NCBI RefSeq assembly: GCF_009914755.1
Contig: NC_060930.1
Direction: 5' to 3' (one strand)
DNA: 64,000 nt
Source of the DNA: the human T2T-CHM13v2.0 reference genome, Homo sapiens
A program made the translations under genes and the position numbers. Shown piece after piece: positions 54,401 to 64,000 of this stretch. The notes under the pieces were generated by a model. That model made no database searches. It was not told where the DNA came from and saw only the letters and a program-made list of their open reading frames with translations. Position 1 is the stretch's first letter; every line of letters starts with the position of its first letter.

Positions 54401-57164
54401 TTTATCTCTATATATGTATACACACATACATATACATATAATGCCGATACAGATGTACTCACAAATATATAGAAAAATGATCATCCATTCATTCAAATGG
54501 TCTTTCATCCATTTAATACATAAATATTTTCAGTGCCTGCTATATACAGGTGTTGTGCTAAACACCATGAATGTGATTATAAGCAAAATAGGCTACATCT
54601 CCATAATGATAATAATTTGTGATTGATACAGTTCTAAATATCTGCCTACTCCAGACTTGCTTAGTGGTCATAGCACTAGAAAAAGGTATTACTTGGCTAA
54701 AATTCAGATCCAGAGTAGAATAACCTTCCCACCATCATACAGCTAGAAAACAGTAGAGCCAAAATTTCAACCCAGACACTCTAACTCCCAATTGTGGGAT
54801 GTGTGACTGCTTCACTCTGCTTCCTGCTCCTGCACATTCTCTCACAGAGCTTAAGATAAAGTTGGGGAAGATACTGACTAGTTATGAGGATGATGAAACA
54901 AGCAGGTACAACTCAAAATGTATTTCCCTCATATATCTCACTTACCTTTTCTTCTCCTATTACTTCAACAACTCAAAATTCCTTTTTTTTTTAACCAGAC
55001 CCTCTTTTAACAATGGAAATTACTGTCAAAAAGTTTTAGTAGAGGTCCATTCTTTGTTCCTAATGTGTACCTGAGACCAGATAAAACGAGTAAACTTTTC
55101 TCCCTTGAGAATCAAACTTTGTGAAAGAATAGATATACTTGCTATCTCCACTTTCTCATTTCTTTCCCACCTGTTTACTTCAGTAGCTTTTTCCAAAATC
55201 ACCAAAGACAACCCAGTTTTCATTTCTAATTTACTTGGCCTCTCAGCTGATTTTAACCCTGTTGATTTTATCCTGTTTCTCAACACATTCTTTCTGCCTC
55301 TTTTCGGCTATGGCTCCCAATTTTCTTCTTACTTATTTTGGCTACTCTCTTCTTTTCTACTGTGGATTTTCTTCTTCAACCTAACCATAAAATATTGGAC
55401 TTTCCTCCAAAGTTCTATTTTGAAAGTTTTCTCACTCTGCATACAGTCCCTCCGTGAGCTCACATGCTGTTGGCTTCCACTGCAGCACAACTGACAATGA
55501 TTTATAAATCTAGGAATCCATTCTGGATCTCCTTTCTCACCATGACACGAGACAATGGAAGCACTCCCTCCCAAGGGACCAGATAATTGCAAGGAATCTC
55601 CAAGCTTATAACTAATCTTACAGCAAGCCCAACAGAAAAGAAATGACTTATTTTCCAGTATCCCAACAAAAGTTCTTTATTTCAGTATTATTAGCTTCAA
55701 GGGGCTTCACTGGTTTATGTGTTGTTGTCCCAGATGCAGAGGTATGGCCGACAGCACCCAAACGACATGGGCAAAGGATTAGAGGCAATAGGAAAGTAGC
55801 AGCTTTTAACAAGGAGAGCACATGATGTGGGGCTGCATGGGCAACAGGCTCCCCCTGCACACCGTGATGTCACCAGAGGTATCCACACTTTCCAAATCCT
55901 GGCAGAGCAATCATTTGAAAGACATTAAAGAGACTGGTGACAATCTGAGTGATTATTGAGGGAATATGTGGTTTTTGGAGAAAAAAAAGAACTGGGGGTA
56001 GAAAGTGTTAAGTCAACAAGGCCCTGTGTAAATGATGGATGTAGAGGGGAAAGGGCAACATAATAGAAAAAATCCATGCAGGCAGGGGATCAGGTATCTA
56101 CAGAGGGATGAAGGGGCAGGTGAAACCAAAATCCAAGGGAAGTGGACAGTCCAACAGGACTGGAGATGAGCAGGAAGCCAAACAACAAACTGAGGGAGGG
56201 AATGGGACAACCAGTGTTCTCTGATATTGTGTAAGCAGCAGAAAAAGGCATGATCAGCAGTTTCAAGAATCTGAAAACAAAGGAGCTGACAAAGTACAAC
56301 AAAACAAAATATGTTTACATGCATGCGGTAGAATAGAATTAGATCAAAGAATTGGATCAAACCAGTGTGTTTTGACCAGTGACTTAACTGCTTCAGCACC
56401 AGCACTTGATTCTGTTGCCAGCAGGCCTCTCTAGTGAGTTGATGGCACAATTAAGTGTGTTCACACCACAAAAATGCCAGGGCCTGAATACGTTCAGCAA
56501 CATTGTAAGGTTATATTTACAGCCAAAATGCAGAGAGTATAAATGAACTAAAGAAGAAAAGTCTGAGGTGAAGGAAAGAACAAGCGTTAAAATGAGGAGT
56601 ATTTAGGGCAGTGAAGCAACAACCCTTAGGGACAAAAGGGTCTAAATGATCTTAAACTTAGCATTTTGCATGAGTAACCAAGAATTAATATGTTGCCAGT
56701 AAGCATTTAGATTAGGATACATAGGAGGCCATCCTGAATGGATGGAGTTAGTATTCAAAAAAAAAAAAAAAAAAAAAAAAAGACACCAGCAGAGTGAGCA
56801 AGTGAGATTTAAATTTGAAGATGTGGCCAGCTGAACAGACAGACAGGACGCAGGCTTCACTCTTGTAAAATTTATTTAAGAACAGCTAGAAAAATTGCCT
56901 TATAGCCAGGTAATCGAGATATGCAACAATTCGTATGCTTTAAAATACCAGCTATTGGCCATAAGTGACACCTACATTAACATTATTTTGTAATGCCTTC
57001 ATGGTGGATAATGTTATATCATGGAGTGGGGCTAGAAATGTAGTGGTCTGGAAGTAGGAAGCAAAGGGAGGAGAGAATAAGCTAACAGTGGTTGGGGCTG
57101 GAAAATACATTTTATAGGTTTTTTAATGAGACTTAAGGTTGTGGATTATTCCATCCAGAATAAG

Positions 57165-57305
57165 TCCAACTGTTGGGTTGAAGTCATCATCAGAGATGAA
57201 TCTAGCTGTGGAAGTGATGTCATCATGAGACCTAAACACACCTGCAGGGATGAAGTCAACAAGGAGTGGGAGGGGATGAATCCAGCTGTGGGGTTGAGGT
57301 CATCA
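57165..57305. repeat. Four-copy 36-44 bp degenerate array carrying E-box and TGANGTCA motifs
   Basis: TGAAGTCA 57179, TGATGTCA 57215, TGAAGTCA 57251 and TGAGGTCA 57295, each preceded by caactg, tagctg, cacctg or cagctg. Confidence 0.75.
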
Positions 57306-58157
57306 ATGGAATATCATACCTGTGTGCCTAGAGAAAGTTGGGTGTGGTTAAGATCTTACCTACAAATATTGTGTGTCGTGGCAGGGCTCTTGAAGCACCC
57401 CATCGGTAGGTAATCAGGTAAAATGTACTGTGCCTGTTCAGAAGGACGATTTAAGGAGGGACTCCTGGAGAGAACAGGTCAGGTATAAGCAGGTTTGGGC
57501 TGGGTTAAATGAGACAGAGAGTGTAGGTTGTGTCTTTATAGTGGCTAGTAATTGGGGGAAAGATTCAGAACCTGAGGGATTTCAAGATTTGAAATTTTCA
57601 CTAATGTCAAAAGAGGGAGGGAGTGTATTTAAGTTTTCTTATCAGCTTGCCCAGATGGTACAAAAGAAGAAAATGGGGCTTGAAAGCTGTCCGGAGTCAA
57701 ACATAAAAAATGAAGTTAGACTCCTTATTGCAAGTGTTCTTCCTATTGCTATTACGATGTTTAAAAGGTTTAGAAAATATTTATGAACCTATCCATATTA
57801 ATTTCTAGTTCCAAGTATTTGCATTTAAAAATTATTTGAAATGACAATGGCTTTGTAATGTAATACAATAAAACAGGATTTTTTTCTTAATTAACTATGG
57901 TTTATAGACTAATAGAAAAATTAATAGTAACTGGAAGCTGAAATTGCTAGAAACTAAGAGAGGGCATGTGAATGCACATGTAATGAGAAATTAAAATTAC
58001 CTCCTTGAAGTTACTTTCAACTTAGGGATAAGGGACTAAAAGAATTCAGATAGGATAAGAAATAACCAATATTTCAACTTTTGCAGGAACTAGGCTTGAA
58101 ACACATTTGTTAACTTTAAAAATAACCAACATTTTTTCTCCATTGTTTTAAACTTAG

Positions 58158-58360
58158 ATTCTCTCCACCTCTGTTTTTCACTGAAGTAGTTGTAAAAGTG
58201 ACATTGGGTACCATTTCCACCCAACAGATGCAGGAAATACTGGAAATCTTTTAACAAAATCTGTACTGCAGAGATTTCCTTCTGAATTTCGCAAACTTCA
58301 GCAATTCACATAAATGAAAATTCAAAACAAAACAAAGCGAAAACTTTTTGGCATTAACCC
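58158..58360 (+). pseudogene. Pseudo-exon, module 4 central domain
   Basis: aacttag|(D)SLHLCFSLK* then a frameshift to CKSDIGYHFHPTDAGNTGNL (compare TUT7 'DPRVKYLCYTMKVFTKMCDIGDASRGSL'); ends CC|gtgagt. Confidence 0.65.
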
Positions 58361-59350
58361 GTGAGTTACAGAGTGAGATTTTAAAAGGTAAAATGAAATT
58401 CCATTATGATAATTTCGGGATGACAGGACAAACTTTTCTTGAGTTTACATGAGAAACTTTGTCATTATTCTGTTTTAAGTTGAATGTCATTAGGTTTGAA
58501 AGTCCTTTTGGTGATTAGAATTAATTCTTTCCATAAATATCCAACCACATGCCACAAACAAAATTTAAAAAAAGTTTGTAGATATATGAAACACATTTCA
58601 TATATCTACATATGTCTTTTCATGTAAGTCAGGGGATGGAGGATAATCTATATCTTTTAAACAATATAGTACCTTAGTTTGAAAATAATTGATATTGAAA
58701 ACTCTTTTAGAATGTGAGATAGCTGTAAAAATTATGTTCAAATTATTAAGAATAACCTCAGAAATGCACTTTTAATGCTTGTGTCACTTTAAGGGCACAA
58801 TATGAAGGTTAAGTTTGAGAGTGTGCACAAATAAATTTCTTGTTCATTAACCAAATGCACTCTTTTAATATTTTGCTGAAGATATTCCTATCAATATGCC
58901 TTGGCATTATTAAGTGTGGACACACTTCATTGTGCTAACAACTCACTAGATGCTTTGCTAGCAGCAGAATCCTTTCCTGGTACCAATACTGTTAGATCGG
59001 TTGTTAAGAAATTATGGATTAATCCAATTTTTTAATATTATCCTTTCCTACCACATGCATATAAACATAGTTTGGAGTTCATTTTCAAATATAAAGTACA
59101 CTGAATACAAAATAAACTCTGTGTTGCTTCAAAACGTCGTAGGATGCTGACTCAATACAGAAAAGATATTTGATTGTTTCTTAAACCAGAATTTGAACAG
59201 ACAAAAATTATTGAGTGTTCTTATTTTAATATAAAAAATGAATCTCAGTTTAAATTTATACTTAAAAATCCCATTAACATGAATGTTCTTAGATAGTTGA
59301 TTTAGTATCTTTTTTGCTTATATATATATGTATATGTTATGTTTATTCAG

Positions 59351-59420
59351 AAAGAGAGAGAGAAGAAGGAAGGAAGGAAGGGAGGGAAGAGAGAGAAGAA
59401 GGAAGGAAGGAAGGAAGAGA
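59351..59420. repeat. (GA)n/(GGAA)n polypurine tract
   Basis: Direct reading. Confidence 0.9.
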
Positions 59421-59450
59421 AATTGGAAAGACTGACAATGTATTCTTCAG

Positions 59451-59743
59451 CACGGCCAGGTAAGATGCGCTAAAAGTAGCCTCTAATTATTTTATTGGTC
59501 AATGTATTAATAAAAGGTACAATATAATCACTTATGTAAGTCACCAATTACATAAAACAAAAATATTGTGAATTTGTTAAAATGTCTGTGATGGATCCTC
59601 CAGAACACCCTCTGTGAAAGCACAATGTGGGTTTGGTTGAGGATTTTCGATCAGATCTCTCAGGGTACGCCAATTACATCACTTTACAGTGAAAAAGACC
59701 TATTCCTATTAATAATATACACAAAGCAAAGTTTTATCAGCAG
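59451..59743 (+). pseudogene. Pseudo-exon, module 4 PAP-associated domain
   Basis: ttcttcag|(P)TAR*DALKVASNYFIGQ in phase with 58360; KMSVMDPPEHPL*KHNVG (compare 'IEDPFDLNHNLG'); ends CAG|gtgagg. Confidence 0.7.
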
Positions 59744-61156
59744 GTGAGGTAGAATCATTTTATTTCCTGTTGTTATGCTCCAATATACTTTTACTAGCAA
59801 AACCTTTCTCAGATTTTTATAGAATAATTATAACTTGATGGTCTAAAAAGTTTTAAATATTAAAAATAAGATAGATTTTATTTTTTTAATATTTCTTAGG
59901 TGAAAATGTTAATTTTTCTTTATAAACAAACACATTGTATATATCTATAGATGTCTTCTCATGTAAGTCAGGGGCTGGAGGATAATCTATATCTTTTAAA
60001 CAATATAGTAACTTAGTTTGAAAATAGGTGATATTGAAACTCTTATAGAATGTGAGATAGCTGTAATAATTATATTCAAATTCTTAAGAATAGCCTCAGA
60101 AATGCACTTTTAACGCTGTGTCACTTTAGAGGCAGGATAAGCAGGTTAATGTGTTATAAATTAAAATTAATAACATCTGATGTTATAGCACAGGGTCCTC
60201 AAGAAAAACAAAGACTAAGTATAAAATTGTTGGCAAAGTACCTACCAAGCATGTGGCACTGCTGTCGCTCAGTAATATTTAAATAACCACCTTTCTTGAA
60301 TGGTTAACAGAGAATTTGTGAAGCCTGATCAGGCATGGACAACTTAAATAAAGATAACATGCGATATCAAGAAATAAAAATAAGTTTAGCTTGCAAATTT
60401 TTGAAAAAGATTTTTTACTGTAACTTGTAAATTTTTAGAATACAAAAAGACCACCAGTTTTAAAGACTATTATTTAAGGCTGAATAAATTGTCACCATCC
60501 AGATAAGTAGCATATAGGCATGTTTTAATTTTCCTGCAAAGATATATTTACCCACCTTATCACGATGTGCTAAATACAATTTAATATCAACTCACAATTA
60601 AGCTGGTCATGGCTTTTACCTGAAACCACTGTGTTAGCAGAGTTACTGTATGCTTATTTCTGGCATCCGCATTGAAGACCCTCATTTATTCACTCAATTA
60701 ATATTTATTAAAACCAGTAGCAGATGATTAGAAAATGATCAACCTTGGGAGGAAAGTCTGAAATAGAATGACTAACTCCAGAGAAGGTGTGAGGGCAAGT
60801 ACAGGGGACTGGAAACATGTTTTGAAACCTATGATAACTTTTCACTGGTGTGAGCAGTAAGTTGTGGAGAAAGTTGGAAAAATAGAAGTTTGAGATAGAA
60901 AGTTGACCAAGTTTGAAGTTGTAGAAATTCTAGCAAACAATGCTGCAATATACACCTAAAAGACAAGAGCTGAGGTAGAACAGAAGTGAAGGGCATAAGG
61001 ATTAAGTGACTCCTGACTTGGACTGCTGGATGCTGAAATCACTTCCTAGGGTGGGAGGATTTGGGGTCTAGAAGACCATTGTAAGCAGGGGGAAAGTTCC
61101 CAGTGAATGTAGTATGTGACCTAAAGGTGGGTACTTATTAGAAGTATAGAATGATG

Positions 61157-61442
61157 GGCCAGGAGTGGTGGCTTATGCCTGTAATCCCAGCACTTTGAGA
61201 GGATGAGGTGGGAGGATTGCTTGAGTCCAGGAGTTCCAGACCTGCCTAGGCAACAGGGTGAGACCCCATCTCTAAAAAAAATAAAGAAAGAAAAATTAGC
61301 CTGGGGTGATGGCACTTGCGTATAGTCCCAGCTACTCCAGAGGCTGGGGTCAGAGGATCACTTGAGCCCTAGAGATGGAGGCTGCAGTAAGCTGTGATTG
61401 CACCACTGTACTCCAGCCTGGTTGACAGAATGAAAAAAAAAA
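61157..61442 (+). mobile_element. AluJ
   Basis: 'gggaggattgcttgagtccaggagtt'; perfect 16-bp TSD agaagtatagaatgat. Confidence 0.95.
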
Positions 61443-62055
61443 AGAAGTATAGAATGATAAAGAAAAATCACAGGTTCATGAAGGTATAAGAATATTGGTC
61501 ACATAGCAGCATCACAGGGCTAGGGAAATGTCAAAACACTTGCACACAGATAAACTTTGAATAAGGTTTCAGTTAAAGCAAGAAGTTGGGGAAAATACTT
61601 TGAAGAGTTCTCTTTTCTATTATTCTTTTACTAGATGTACCTTATAACACTTGATACTTGGTATGTACATACTTCATTTTTACATTTACTACAATATGTT
61701 GCAACTATTGAATGTATTTTTATATTTCTCTAATTATACCTTAAATTCACTAAGGGATTAGGAATATTCATCTCTATAATCCACTTTATATGATGTAGTA
61801 AACTTAGACACTTCATAAATATCTTAGTGAAGCAATGAAGGTGATGTTAGTGAACGAATCTTTCAATATGAGATTTCAGGTTGCTAAATGGGTCAGAGGA
61901 ATTTCTCATGTTTTTCTCCTTTTTATAAGTTTCTTGACTTATAAAATAAATTTTGACTTATAAAAATAAATTTTGAAATAGAAATCCAGTACAGTAAAGT
62001 GTACAAATCTTAGATGTGCAACTTGAATGTTGGCAAATGTATACACCCTTGCAAC

Positions 62056-62267
62056 CAGTGATGCACTAAGGCTGACTCCTGACGGCTCATAAGTGCTGAT
62101 TGTGCACATTCCTTCCTGGCTTTGTTTCAGTGATGTCAAGTTGGTAATTTGAGATCAACCACACTAACAGAATTTAAAACACAGAAATTTGCAAATGCTG
62201 GAAAGCAGGACATTTTTTTTTTGTCCCCCAGAGAGCAGTTGTTAAAATGTTTACCAGGACACGGCTG
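62056..62267. mobile_element. MER63-like hAT element nested in a minus-strand L1M (about 61950-62790)
   Basis: 'cagtgatgcact...gagagcagttgttaaaatgtttaccaggacacggctg'. Confidence 0.7.
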
Positions 62268-63037
62268 GTTATTACCATCAACCAGATCAAGATAGACATT
62301 TTCATTGCCAGAGTGATTAATTCATGCCTCTTTCAAGTTAATCCCTTGACTATTACTCTTTGGATTTCTATCACCATTGACCAATTTTTGCCTGTGCCTA
62401 AACTTTGTATAAATGGAATCATACAGTAATGTACTCTTTTGTTGCAAGCTCCATCATGCAGCATAATATTTTTTAAAAATTGTATGTGTTATTTTGTGCA
62501 TCAGTACTGTGTTCTTTCTTTACCAGTGTGTGATATTCCATTGAATGAATATGCCACAATTTGTTTATCCATTTTCCTGTTGATAGAAATTTGAGTTATA
62601 TCCTGCTTGGGGCTATTTTTGAATAAAGCTTCTATAAACATTTTTGTACACATTTTGTGTGTGTGTGTGTGTACTGTGTTCTTTTCACTTCTGTATATAC
62701 TTAAGAGTGAAATAATTGGGTGATAGGATAGAAATTGCCAGACAGATTTCCAAAGTAGTGATAATATTTTATATTTGCACCAACAATTCATTTTTTTTGG
62801 TGATTCTTAACCTCAAAAGATAGCACAGCTGATTTTCCTCAAATATTTATCATCCCAAATTTACTTTGAAACTACAAGAGGTAAGACTATTATTTTTCTT
62901 AAATTTTATATCACCATCTCAATTTCAAAGAAGCAGAATATTATATATTAAGAATAAAGAGTTTTTATAAAATTGCTATGTAATATTGTCCTGGAGATTA
63001 CACAAGCATATTATATGCCGTAATCATTTCTTCTCAG

Positions 63038-63087
63038 GTGAAATGATAAGGAATCATGCTTATGTTAACTCTACTAAATGCCTTATG
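63038..63087 (+). pseudogene. Pseudo-exon, module 5 N-terminus
   Basis: ttcttctcag|EMIRNHAYVNST..., then after a frameshift MPY-G|gtagcc. Phase 1 joins the next exon to give PYGS. Confidence 0.55.
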
Positions 63088-63240
63088 GTAGCCCTTATGT
63101 ATCTTTTATCTAAAGACCAAGAAAAATAAAAATGAGCAATGATTTTTAAAGTTCTAGATATTGTTCCAAAAACTCTGTATTTTTATTTAAAGGGTTACAT
63201 GTTTCTAAATCTGAGAGCAATATCTGTGTCTATTTTTCAG

Positions 63241-63800
63241 GTTCCATGCCACCACTGGACTCTGTACATGGACTCATGATCTGTTTTAATAATCTGGGAT
63301 TTACCTTCATTGTTGAGTACTCTGCTATGCCTTCAGACTTTTCTCCAGAGTGAAAAATGAATTACGATGATCCAGACAAGAGCTACTGATATGCTGACTC
63401 GGCTCCATAAAAATCACTCAGTTTAGTAAAACAATTATTTCCTAGCCCAATATAGACAAAATAATTTCCTTGTTAGTTGTCTAGAGTTGTATTATTTTTT
63501 TAACCAGTTGTGAGCAACATCCTTTTAGACATATTACCTTATGTGATTGACGTGGAATTTCAACAACACTTTTATGAGTATGCTGCCAATTTGCACCTAT
63601 TTGAATAGATTTTTCCAGCAACATGTAGGCATGAATGTGCTCATGGCCTTTCTTAAATGATTAATTGAAAGGTTCTAAAGTCTTTTTTCAAGACTAGCCA
63701 ACCCTATATCATAACATGACTTCCATGAAAAAATATACTTTACTATACTCTGTCTTATTTTTGAGGTGTTTTAGATATTAATTTTCTATTAGTAAAATAA
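63241..63800 (+). pseudogene. Pseudo-exon, module 5 NTase and central domain (TENT4-like; end approximate)
   Basis: tttttcag|(G)SM.TGLCTWTHDL.LII; PVVSNILLD..YVIDVEF..YAANL; LNRFFQQHVGMNVLMAFLK*LI; MKKYTLLYSVLFL. Compare TENT4B 'GSFKTGLYLPTSDIDLVV', 'VKVDISF...AADL', '[22 protein letters not shown]', 'IGSYSLFLMAVSFL'. Confidence 0.75.
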
Positions 63801-63859
63801 TATAAGTCATTAAAGCCAAGCATGATAGCCAATAACTTTTGTCCCTCACTTATACTCCA

Positions 63860-64000
63860 GCAATATGTTAACAATATAGAAACTTTTAAAATAATACCTG
63901 ATTGACTAGAAATTTGATTGAGGAAGCCTTCTTCTGCAATATGTTAACAATATAGAAACTTTTAAAATAATACCTGATTGACTAGAAATTTGATTGAGGA
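63860..64000. repeat. 76-bp-period tandem duplication, cut off by the window end
   Basis: gcaatatgttaacaatatagaaac...gattgagga at 63860 and 63936; identical over the 65 visible bases. Confidence 0.95.

Larger units (their letters stand above)
58589..60149. repeat. ~222-bp dispersed direct duplication (58589-58812 and 59928-60149)
   Basis: Both copies read 'catgtaagtcagggg(a/c)tggaggataatctatatcttttaaacaatatagta(c/a)cttagtttgaaaata...cctcagaaatgcacttttaa'. Confidence 0.92.

Noticed and set aside
57165-57305. CRISPR-like repeat-spacer array
   Set aside because: Primate DNA, degenerate units, no cas genes.
55105-57786. ORFs of 95-145 aa (55105, 56013, 57126, 57430)
   Set aside because: No recognisable domain or splice context; they overlap L2 or probable old LTR-derived sequence.

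Overview
AT-rich, CpG-depleted primate (human-like) genomic DNA. About half is interspersed repeats (old and mid-age L1, AluJ/S, MaLR/ERV LTRs, L2, MIR, MER DNA transposons). There is no intact protein-coding gene, RNA gene or CpG island. The main observation is in the repeat-free islands between about 10.5 kb and the window end. Translated by hand on the + strand through stops and frameshifts, they form phase-compatible AG/GT-bounded pseudo-exons. These encode at least five tandem units resembling non-canonical poly(A)/poly(U) polymerases (TENT family: GLD2/TENT2, TENT4, TUT4/7, MTPAP; Pol-beta NTase plus PAP-associated domain). This looks like an intron-containing, decayed (possibly unitary) pseudogene of a multi-module terminal nucleotidyltransferase, which continues past the right edge. 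Reference motifs are quoted from memory and alignments are by eye, so an HMM/tblastn check is needed. Secondary observations: two twin-primed (5'-inverted) L1s with TSDs, a templated duplication inside an inverted repeat, a fold-back-derived minisatellite, a CpG-retaining THE1 LTR, a 4x E-box+CRE-like array, an RFX X-box and several local duplications.
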